NCBI GenBank assembly: GCA_976226885.1
Contig: OZ320316.1
Location: forward strand, 109,306,001 to 109,370,000
Length of the DNA: 64,000 nucleotides
Source: Iphione sp. A-MEVVRFRX5
Taxonomy: Eukaryota
Reading direction: 5' to 3'
Shown: in pieces, positions 1 to 12,400 of the stretch
Position numbering within the stretch: position 1 is the stretch's first letter
Layout of the letters: each line of letters opens with the position of its first letter
The notes under the pieces: model-generated
What the model saw: the letters and a program-made list of their open reading frames with translations, nothing else
Database searches by the model: none
Told to the model about the DNA's origin: nothing
Translations under genes and position numbers: made by a program

Positions 1-308
1 CTCGTGGACTAATGAATGATGAATGTAGCAGAACCCCTTAATGCCTACAGCTGACCAGCCTACAACCAGATAAACAAGATGGGCGTACTATGAAATCCCA
101 TCTACACCATCACAATATTGGCAGCACCACCTATACTCAACAATGACTACCATGTACTCACTAAAGAGCTAATAATATCTATGGCTTAACATTCGATTAA
201 CTCATCCTCGTCTATCAGAAAGGCACTGCCGTTTCAACCCAGTTACCTGTATACCACTGTGTTTGTATTCCGGTAAATAAAAAATGTTTTTAAAAAATCT
301 CCTTCCAG

Positions 309-490
309 AGCGGGTGGACCTGAGTGCTGTCCACCTGCAACTTGATAATCCTGTGGTCCATGTGGGCTCCTACACACATGTTCGGCTGCGCACGAGGGTG
401 CAGATTGACAATGGTGGCATCTTAAATGACTATGGCATCACTATGTACCTTTCTACAGACACCTACATTGACATCAGAAATGACAAACAG
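309..490 (+). CDS. Exon 1 in window (module 1)
   Basis: ccttccAG|..|GTcagt; phase 1->0; RVDLSAVHLQLDNP...YLSTDTYIDIRNDKQ. Confidence 0.85.
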
Positions 491-3400
491 GTCAGTCAAC
501 CATACGTTAACCCTTTCAGCCCGAACAATGCCTTGATCAAGGCTTTCAATATCGTTTTCCTTAAAACCATTTAGGCAAAAAATAGGTGTGTTTCTGGTAA
601 CCCATCCCTACCTAGTAAAACCTCACCCTACCTAAAAATGTTTGGGCCCCAAAGAGTTTCCAAGGCTAAATTTCCTTAGATATTCATTTTCACAACACGT
701 TTTTGGTTAACTCAGTAGAAAAACAACAAAATCCATGGAAATTCACCAAAAAACTGTAAAACTCATACAGATTGGTCAAAATTCTTGATAATGTCTTTAT
801 TATTATTGAAAACCAGAGGAAGAAACTGGAAAAAAATCTAAATAAAAAAAGATACCCCTCCCTACCTAGGTTTTTGCTGGTTGTTACCAGAAACACACCT
901 ATTTTTTGCCTTATGTTTTACCTACACATCCAATGGTTGATACCTCATGTCTATCATATTTATATGATAATTCGATTTCAAATGAGGAGGTGCGTTTATT
1001 GGTGGTTGTGGGAGCTTTGAGAGAATTGACCATTTCCAGAGAACTGCTCTTAAATGTAGAAATGGGATTTTTTGTGATACAGGCCACATTTGAAACGTGT
1101 TGACATTACTGATAAATAGGTTGGTGCATGAACTTTACAGTTGTCTAATATTCAATAAAAATATTTTACCCCTGAAAGATGTTGGTCGGATTGTTCCAGG
1201 AAGCTGAGAAAGTTGTGCAGTTTTACAGGACGTTTTCTTTCTTTTTCGATAAACACTGCACCTTTATCGCCGAATATAGACCGCCAAAACAACCTTAAGG
1301 TGGCTGTGACTTTACTGTGGTCGAATATTATTATGGAAAGTCCCATTCTGTACCTTTTTTTAATAAAAGGGAGGGTACTAGTACCACAGATCTAGTATAT
1401 ATGGATTGGACAACCAAGTCATGCATACCAGTGTAATTACACAAGGAATGGCAAATTGTTTTAACCCAGTTATGAGATAGGGGGTCAAACCTCATGAGTC
1501 AGGAACTATTTTCACAAGCCCCTCAACTGGGACATGGGTCAGAGGTGTGTAGGCTGTATTCAAGGGCAGGAACACCCCATGACAGAGTTTGTGCGGTCTC
1601 ACCAGGGTTCTACACTATCTTTGCGATGTACACAACCACATTTTGTGTTTTTGTTCATTAACTAATTTCTATACAGGAAAAATACCATTGCAGCAATACC
1701 TTTTTCCGTTTATTTTACTATGCTGCAAAATAAGATATTATCAACAGAAAACGCCTTTTATGATGTCAGAAAAGGTAAACGATTTGGCTGTAGCTTGGGT
1801 GGTTGACACTGTAGTGGTCGGTGGATTGTCCTGAGGGTGATCTTGCCTACATTATGGCCTGTCTGTAGGTGATCTGACTGTAACATGGGGGATAACTCAT
1901 GTTGTGTATTTCTAAATAGGCCTACAAGTTACAATAGCCCTCTGGTGCCCTGTTTTAAAATCATTTAAATGTACTGTGGTTTGAGTCAACTAAATTCCCC
2001 TAGAAAGGTTGTCTATTGTCTGCTATTGTTTTCGTAAGGTGACCATCTTGCCGCCCCACTTTGAGCGCGTCTCGCCCGTCTCCACGACTTCCGGTTACCT
2101 TGACCTCAGCGGTACCGGCCTCAAACTGCCGGACGTGGAAACGAATTCTGCCGACCACAAGTACTGTGGCGCCATCTATATTGGCGTCATGGTTGACGGG
2201 GCGACCCCCCGAGACGCCGCCCCGTGTGAGTCAGACTCACTGAAAAACAACCCAAAATAAGAGTTTTCTTATGTGTGATGGACAGGAATTTTATTCTGCT
2301 TTTTTCTCTCTTTCTTCTTAAATTGTTTCCTTTTCTCACATTAAAAAGAAATGATTTTGACAGTGATAGAAAAATAGTTCCTTATAAAAATGCAAAATAT
2401 CTTGTCAAAATTATCCGCCCAGAACTAAGATGTATTGGAAAGAATCGCCCTTATTATAAGATTGTCTCGATTTTAAAAATATTACAAAATTTGACTTTAT
2501 TTCTTCGTGTGGCAAAGAAAATAATTTTTTAGTTGTTAATAGCCTGATTTCACATTTTTTTGTGTATATTGAGGGATTCGTTCTAAAAGTGGCTACCCGA
2601 TTGAAGGTCAAATCACATGGGTGACCAAACCAGAGGAGAGACCGATAATTTATAAAAACCACCGAAGGGACATAATAAATTCTTTAGGCTTAGCGTGAGC
2701 AAATTGTACATCTCTGTCTCCTACGTGGGATTCAACTCTACATTACTGTAGTGCATAGAAACCTACAGAGAGTGTACATCTCGTGATTTCTCGTTGCAGA
2801 TCACGGAGAGGTTAGCGAGCCTGATGAGTGGAATAACTTCATGGTCACACCCATCACTGTCATATGCAGCGGAGGTACGTAGAATAATTAATATTCATGC
2901 TGTCATATGCCACAGATGTACATAGAATTACTAATATTCATGCTGTCATATACAGTAGAGGTATGTAGAATGTGTAATATTCATGATGTCATAAGCAGTG
3001 GAGGTATGCAGAATGAGTAATATGTGTGCTGTCATATACCACAGAGGTTCATAGAATGAGTTTTATTCATGCTGTCATCTACAGAGAAAGTATATAGAAT
3101 GAGTATAATTCATGCTGTCATATACGGTGGAGGTAATTAGAATGTGTAATATTCATGCTGTCATAAGCAGTGGAGGAGTGTAGAATGAGTAATATTTGTG
3201 CTGTCATATACCACAGAGGTACATAGAATGAGCTTTATTCATGCTGTCATCTACAGAGAGAGTATATAGAATGAGTAAAATTCATGCTGTCATATACGGT
3301 GGAGGTTATTAGAATGAGTAATATTCAAGCTGTCATGTACAGTGGAGGTACATAGAATGAGTAATATTCACACGGTCATAATCAGTGAAGGTACGTAGAT

Positions 3401-6400
3401 GGGGTGATAGTCACACTGTCATAATATGCAGGGGAGCTACATAGAATTCACACTTGTCAGCCATTTGGGGAATGATGTCGAGTGAGAGAAAGGGTTGTCA
3501 GACAGTGAGAGGAGAAATCAGTGTGTTTGTGCGCTCGCGCTTGTGTGTGTGTGTAAAACAGTTCTACAGGAAATCTATGAGGCAGCGAATGAGCCCTATT
3601 CAAGATCGCAATGTCACTCTTTTAATGGCGGCCAGGTTGCGTTAATGAATGTGGCACCTAAATGAATACCATTATCAAGGCATCTGGTAACAAAACGCTT
3701 TCAGAATGAAGGATGCATTACATATTATATACGTTTTTGTGGCCCAAGGCCACTTTCTTTATGGATCATTTAAAAGGAATTACCTAAAAAGGCACACCAA
3801 AACAAATAAAGATGTATTCATCAACAAGGCAAAATGGTTTATTGGTAATAATAAAGCCAAAACCATGATGTTATAATCAGTTTGGCTCTGAGAACAAAGT
3901 CTCCCTTAGCGAAGTTACTTAACAGCATTAAACACATCTTCTTCTTTAAGAGAAGTGCAGATTGACTTCACGTTGTCAGATCACCTTGAAGTCACATCCC
4001 AAACTCCCAAGGTCTCCCACATACCTTCACATGGTTTAGTTCTGTTATGATGTGTGATTTTCGTCTAATAATATTCTCTAATGAAGGAAACATATTTCTA
4101 TGAACGAGTGTATATTGTATAAATTAGACACCGTGGATTTATCCATTATTGATTCTATTTTTCTCACTTTCGACGTGTAAATCAAGCTTCCGTCAGAGTG
4201 AACTCACATATGCACAGGGTCCAATGAATAGTTAACCGCACGCTAGGAACTGTAACCATCGATAATACCGCTGCGGCACTGTCATGCGCAGTAGTTGACT
4301 TCCGTCTCATCACCAAGCAGTGATCGATTCCTCATTCCCGACCCGCCATTAAATATGAAGATGTTGTTCAGATGGATGTCACTCGTTCATCAGCATAGCC
4401 CGTGGTCTCCATGAGTCTCCTCCTCTGTCAATGATAGATGAGCGTTTCACTTGACGACGGGAATACATGGATCTTCAGGAAGTAGAATATATCAACTTAG
4501 GAATTTTTTTGGTAGAAGAGAAAAAAGTTAATGTGGTCCATTAGAATCTGAGTATCAGATTTATGTGTATAAATATTCATCATTGATATATACATGTGCA
4601 TTTGTAATATGTATCATTATGACCCCGGTCTGGGACCTCCCTGCAATTAGGACAGCCCACATAATGGGCATACAATGAGCTGATCGCTGATCGCTGAAGT
4701 ATCGGGTAATGCGGACTTCAATTTTACGTAATTGCGACATCGTCTCAATTTTAAGCGATCTGATTGGTCAATTTGCACCATGACATAATAATTTGTAAAA
4801 AAAATTATGTCCACACTACCCGTTTATTCCATCGCTGGCAATCGGTCGATTAGCCTATCACATGTATCACAGTGATGTTCTGTTATCAGCATCATAACAC
4901 AAAAATAATGGTGTACATGTATTTTTACATTGCCCTATGGCTATTACATTAGGTAAAGTGTAAAGGATATGTAATTGATGGTAATTTCCCTGATTGTCGT
5001 ATTGATACAGGTCATCCGTGCATTTAGGAGGCTGCACATGGTATTTTCCTGAAATATTTCAAGTAAACAAGCACCTTTGGCACAATCTGCAGAAGTTTTG
5101 TGGTATTTCCTTCATGTGAAGTATCTCGATAATCCCACAATCACACTGGCCAATGGAACAATAACATCAATGCAGTGGACAGATCCCCCCCTCCTTGTTG
5201 TCTCGTAGAGAGGTTTTCTATTTTATCTATGTTAATTGTTGGAACCCTTCTTCGGAATTGTAGTGGGCAGTCTTTCCATGTTGACAGCCTTCCCACATAG
5301 TGCATTACATTTAGATATGCTTTTTGGACGTTGGCTATGTTCCCACCTCTGTGTGCTACCGAGTATATGGCCAGCCCAGCTGTCTGCCTCCCTTATAAAG
5401 CTCTTACTTTGTTATGTTGCCATGACTCCTGTTTTAGGTCTGACTCTGTTGTTTTTATTGGTAATGGGAGGTGATATGTCTTTTCTGTGGCTATATATGC
5501 CCATGATATTACACAGTTTTGACTATGTCTCTTCAGGCACATGATGTCGAATGTTTTGTTCTTTTTATTATGAGGAAGACACTGTAGATAGTTTATATAT
5601 AGTATGTGTATTACATTCAATCTCCCCTCCTGGTTTTTCTGGAGGGTTGAATGAATTTTTACGACGAGGTTAGTGTTTCCTGATGGTTAATTGTGTTCTC
5701 CATCTAGTAGATTCATTCCATTAGGGGAAATTGTTCTTAGTCTGTGGATCCATTTGTTCTCTAAGTTTAATCTGATGAGTTACATTTAGATTGGACTTCC
5801 TATCAATGTGTCCGAGAATGTGTATTACACCTGAATATTACGTCACCAAATCGCTCCAAACGTGATTTTTTTATGCGGCATATTACTTCGCACATGGACA
5901 GACTGCCTTAGAAGGCCCATAAGGATGGGCCAGGTAGAGTCATTATGTGTCTCCATTAGGTTTGATAAACATATCGAGGTTATGCACTAGTCATGTCTTT
6001 CCTGCGAGGCAGAGGCAACACTATATACATGTATACATGTTTGCATGTGTTTCTGTGTGAATTCAATATATGCAACAGGGTTACCGAACGAATGACCTTA
6101 TGAACACCTACCCCAATGTATCTTTTACATAATCAAAAATAAATGCGATCAACAAGAATTTTTTTTATATATTTGGATGTGGGAGGGACGAATGTAAACC
6201 TTTCGCATTCACACATGCACACACGTGTATACTAATACAGCACAGTATCATGAAATTAGATTTTAAAAAAAAATTCACGCAATTTTCAGCCAGTGCCCTT
6301 TGGTTAGAACATCTTTGACCCGGCTTTTAGATTGAATATCGCAATATCAAAATTCCCTTTTTCTTACAGATTTTTTGGCGCTGACAGATTTCAGCTATTC

Positions 6401-9400
6401 GCTCTTTTACGGCCAGGGTCCCATCACCAATGAATACTCGATTCCAGCCACCTTGACCGCACAGGTTCACGTGCTTCGCCCTCCTAGTGAGAAAAACGTT
6501 GGAGTCTCCCAGTTTGATCTCCGGCTCTACATTAATAATTCCAACACAATAGAGATGGGTGAGTACAAAATCAAGTAGGTATATGCAGTAGATCTGGTTA
6601 ATAAGGTCTGGGTAAGTATATTATAGATCTGGACAAGTGTATAATGGATCTGGGTAAGTATATACAGTGGAGTCTCTACTTACGACCACCACTCTGTTCC
6701 AAGCTTAAATGGTCGTAATGGCAAATTTGGTTGTAAATAGAGTATCAAATGTATAGAAATTAGCATTTTGGTACCCATCTCAGATGGTCTGAAATAGAGA
6801 ATGGTCAGAAATTGATGCGGTCAGAAATAGAGACTCCACTGCAATATATTTATACACTAAAAACATCTATATCTATATCTAAAAGAACATTTAGGTTTGA
6901 AATGTCCTTATTAGGACATTAGAACGTCCACATATAAGGCCTTAAAAAAATTCTGTCTTTCCGGTAACAAGCTGAAAAATTACAGGGTCGGTCGGTAGGT
7001 CACATTTTTTTTATTTTTCTATTTTTTTCAAGGCTAAAGGATCCTGAATTAAACAAATGTCAATGGTAATGTCCCTTATACTGGTTAGATATTAATATCA
7101 TATGAAAGCTAGTAACATGAGGAGCAATTTGATGTATAGAACATGTCTCTATCATTATTCCTTCTGAAGTTATTCAAAAAAAAAATAATAAAAATTTACA
7201 AATGGTTCTAATGTAGGGTCGGTTGGGTTACCGGAAACACAGAACTGTTTTCTATTAGGCCTAATGTAAAACTGCCGTTTACATTGAAGACTACCTCCAC
7301 CACGCCTCACCCCCTTACCCGTTACCCCCCCCCCCCCCCCCCCCCCACTTACATTTGAAGCCTTTCGCTTGAATTATCAGACGCTGCGCCAATGCTAGTG
7401 GACATCCTGAGACTTGGTAAGACTTACCAGTCTACGGACCAGGTCCTTAACGTCAGGGCCACAGGGGAGACCGTGTACCTGACGAAGGTGGAAGTCTGGC
7501 TTGACGCAGACAACTTCCCACCATTGAACATAGAGAAGGAGTGGTGGCTCCATCTGATGGTCGTCGAGGCGTCGACGAGTGACCGACAAGAAGTGGTTGT
7601 AGCGAACAACTATAGGGCTGCACCGGTGAAGGCACAGGCGAAACAAGTCGGTAGAGGTAAGCTCGACAGGTTGGGTGTAAGTTGTTCAGTCTTCCTACAA
7701 TCACCTTGGGTACTTGCCGCCTCTCCCCTTTGTAGCATCTTAAAACCATTGGTTCTGCTTGACTGCACATACAAAGGCATAGCAATACATCGTAAATCGC
7801 AAGGCCAGTGTAATTAATGTGTTGTACTAAACATTTATATAATATACTGCATATTCCATGCTGCACTTACCATTTATACTACACCATTTAGGCTACTTCA
7901 CCGGGTGTACTGATTTGATGTTTTAAATTATATGTATTTACGACAGTCTGTAGACTATTTTGAATACATTTGTTTGAAAACTAATTCTAATCCACCTTTC
8001 AGCTACCAGTGCCAACTGGGACACAGTGACCGACTTTCCGGATCGACTTGTCATAAATGGTAAGATTCACTCAATGGTAGGATTTAAGAAATGGTAGGGC
8101 TCAATTTATAATGGTAAGATTCAATCAACCAAAACCACAAGTAGTTTCTATGTACAACAAAGGTTTGATTCTTCTGTCATTAACTTGAATGGTTCAGAAT
8201 ACCTACCTGGGGTCCTCTCAGAATGAGTCATGGGATCACGTGACCCATTCTACTCCAACAAGAGCTGGCATTCACCAGAGATATAAACCCTTCAGAGAAA
8301 TCACAGAGTTATACAGAACGTGGTTTCTTAGAATGAACTGTTGAAGGTGTTCAAGGCTTTTACAACATCAGATTTAATTTTCATGTTAAACAGCAGTCTA
8401 GTATAATGTCAGCAATGTTATGATACTAAAGCAGGGGGGGTCTTTATCATTTTGCACTGCAATCTAAATATGAGTTCCAGGGATGACCTAGTGACCTAAA
8501 TTGATACAAATCTGCATGTGTAGCTTACAGTGGAGAAAGGACTCCTAGTAGATCCTTGGTAACCCTCTCAAAAATGACAGCATGGCCCAAGTTTGGGTCG
8601 TGACCCTAGGGTTAATAGACCCTGTGCTACAGTAAAGAAATTCATTTGACTACTAAACCAAGCTGATGATTGAGGTCAGGTTGCTAAACTGTTAAACCCC
8701 GCCTTGCAACTCAGGAAATTAAAAGTTATTTGTGTTTCTGGTAACTCAACCAACACAGATTTTGGTGCCAATGGAAGGTTTTATTTGATTATTGATTTGT
8801 AAACATCTTGGCCATGAAATAGATTACATACAATACACCGTTTTGGTGCTTAGGCCATTAGCTGTCATTTTGATATGTATATGTTTAAGCAGGGAAGGGA
8901 TTCTTCCAAGCTTAGAAAATACTCTCAAGCATCATTTTGACATTTGTTTGCACCGAACCAAAAATCCATCGACATAGAGGCCCTATCCATTGTTTTAACG
9001 TGTTACCAACAACACGTTCTGTTTGTCGCCTTATGTCTCTAATCGGACAATAAACAAATATCTTCTCTTAATCTTAATATCGGGCGTATCTCTCTACTTC
9101 AGACACGCTGGAGGAGGACACTTTCACCGCTAGTTTCACTCAGGGCAGCGCTTTCGAGGATATCTTCTGGTCTATCGATAACATGTAAGCAATTATAACA
9201 CTTTGGCCCCCCCTATTCGTTTATAATTATCGAGTTTATTAACATGCGGCTTTATACGGTGCATTTCAACTTGATTTATCTTTATGGCCTTTGTTTGACC
9301 TTACCATCTTATATGAATCTGTGCAATTTTGTTTTTGATTTTACTGAACCAGTTAAGTAAACTGAAAAGATGAAAAACAGTTATAATTTGATGGTTTGTT

Positions 9401-12400
9401 TCAACCGCAGGCTTGACTCGTCGGACGTTGTTTCTGGTATAAAATTAAAAACGACGCCTGACAATATAAATAATCTGGTTGTGGACACCGATACAGAACC
9501 GAACGTCCCTACAGTCCCGGACAAATACTGCGGCGCCGTGTATGGCATCCTGAAGCTGCAGGCGGGACCGAACTTCGATGACAACACTGCCCATGATAAC
9601 CAAGATGTTCGACCAATCGTGCTGGAATGCGACTCAACAGGTGGAAATTCTCACCACTTTCTTTATATAGACATTGTATATATGTATACGTTTATTTATG
9701 GATACATGTACTCGTAAATCTGTATGTGTGCTTGCTATTTGCTCAGTCAAGGGGTTATTTCTCCATCATTCAGATGGTTGGGACATGTGTTAGGGTAAGG
9801 ATTAGGATTAGGCTAGGGTATGTGTTAGCGTCCAGGTTAGGTTAGGGTATTTGTTAGGATTAGGGTTAGGTTGCGGCAAGTGTTAGGGTTAGGATTAGGC
9901 TAGGGCATATGTTAGGGTTAGTATTAGGTTAGGGCATGGGTTAGGGTTAGGTTAGGGCAAGTGTTAGGGTTAGGATTAGGCTAGGGCATGTGTTAGGGTT
10001 AGGGTTAGGTTAGGGCATGTGTTAGGGTTAGGGTTAGGTTAGGGCATGTGTTAGGGTTAGGTTAGGGCAAGTGTTAGGGTTAGGGTTAGGGACAGCCAAC
10101 CAATAATATTTCCCTTAATTTCCATCTATCCCAAGAGTTGGCAGGCCACTTGGTGCTTCTGATATGTCGCCGCCATCATGGATTCCATTATGACGGGGTT
10201 AGGCCACTGATATGCATTTGCTCGCATCATTCAATTTTATCATACTGTTATGAGTCTTTGTGTGTAAGTGTGTGTGTATATCATTTGTCAAGGCTATAAA
10301 GCACAAATCTGTGATTTAGTTCCCTAAGGCCCAAAAAATAGGTGTGTTTCTGGTTACCCACCCCTACCTAGTAAAACCTCACCCTACCTAAACATTTTTT
10401 GGCCCAAAAGAGTTTCCAAGGCTGAATTTCCTTCGATACATGTTTTCATGACATTTTTTTGCTAAATTCAATAGAAAAACAACAAAATCCATTGAAATTC
10501 AGCAAAAAAACTTTAAACTCATACAAATTGGTCAACATTCTTCATATTGTCCTTATCATTCTTGAAAACCATAGGAAGAAAGTGGATTTTTTTTTGGGGG
10601 GGGGGCATCATGCTAGTGTTTCTATGATCAGATCTAAATTCTGGATAAAGTGAGATAAATTTCCTTTTCATAATACATACAAGTGCTTTTGGCACAGTTT
10701 ACACAGGCAAATGTGATTCTGTATCACATGAAATATCACAATATTTCTGCCAGTACACTGACCGGTACTACTTTTGGACAACAAAGTATATAATCAGCGT
10801 AATGTAAATACATGTTTGGCATGAAGGCTGAGCCTGCATGATTCCAGAGTCGTGTTGAGCAAACATGGAATTCCACTATTGCACAAATCCTCCGGAATTG
10901 TCCGGATTCCACAGGGGGCAATTCCCGAATCAGTAGTTCTGTATATTCTGTATTCAGTATTCTGTAATGGCCCAGTGCTACTCCTGCGTTTTCAAGGAAC
11001 TTAAGTTGTTTTTATAGCTTCATTGTCACTGGAATTTACATACACTTCGGTATTTACGTCCAGTTTTGTGCAGATTCTGTCTTCAAACAGATCAATTATG
11101 AAATATAATGAGGGTGAGAAGTAGAATGAAGTAATTTGGGCCCGATTTCAGAATTGTGCAAGCAGTGGGAGCTAGGGCCAAAAAAAACAATAGGTGTGTT
11201 TCTGGTAATGACCACCCAAAAACCTAGGTAGGGAGGGGGAGGCACCTTTTTGTTTTTTTTTAAATTTTCTTTCCACTTTCTTCCTCCAGTCTTCAATAAT
11301 AATAAAGATAATATGAAGAATTTTGACCAACTTGCAGTTTTTTGCTAAATTTCCATGGATTTTACTGTTTTTCTACTGAATTTACAAAAAACATGTACTG
11401 CGAAAATTCAGCCTTGGAAACTCTTTGAGGCCAAACAATTTTTAGGTAGGCTGAGGTTTTACTAGGTAGGGGTGGGTTACCAGAAATACTGCTTTTTTGG
11501 CCTAGTTGCCTTATGCAGCCCTCTGTAGCAACAACTTTAGTTGCAGCTAATATTTTCCGGAGCTCCAGTCTCCAGAGACATACCTGCACACTTTGATTTA
11601 AATAAGGTATTTGGAAATATTATATGAAAATGAAGATGTGACCCCAGATGAATTTAGGAACAAAGGTTAGCAAAGGAAGCGTCATCTGAAAGTCACTGCT
11701 GAATAATCCACATGTCACTGAAATCATATTGTACATTTCCTATATGTTTTTTATTTCTTTATTTCTCCTGAAACACTTGTACATTCAGTAACACTTTGTA
11801 AAGTAAATAATATAGGAAATCATATAGTATTACTATAGTATGTATTACAACATGTACTTTATGTTATATACCTTATCATTCAAATTCTACATGGAATTCG
11901 TTTGTCAGATACGATTTCCCTGTCGGACCTTCAAGTAGACAACCCACCGGTGTTTTGGAAAGACGTGTCTACAGACATCACGTTCACTTTCCTCGTTACA
12001 TGCACGAAAGCCGCCTGTGATGCATCGGTAGGTACACTAATACATGCATACTAGGGTAAACTTATCGAAAAGTGATGTATAATACATTACAAATGGAAAG
12101 CTCATGTTACCACTTGTGGGACAATGAAAAGTGAATCAAAATATTGTAGTTAGGATTTAAATTTAAAAATATATCCGATACGATTGTGAATGTTTTATTT
12201 CTTACTTGAACTTATAGTTTATACCAAATTTATTAGATTCTACTCTTTTTTGAGAGAGTTTGAAAAAAAATAAAGCGCCAAAGGGTTAGTTAATATGCAT
12301 TGAACATTTAATTAGGTGCTAATATTGACCCATATACGAAACGGGTTTTTACATTACTTCAAGTTGAAACTCAACAACAAAGAATATCCCTGAAATAGAA

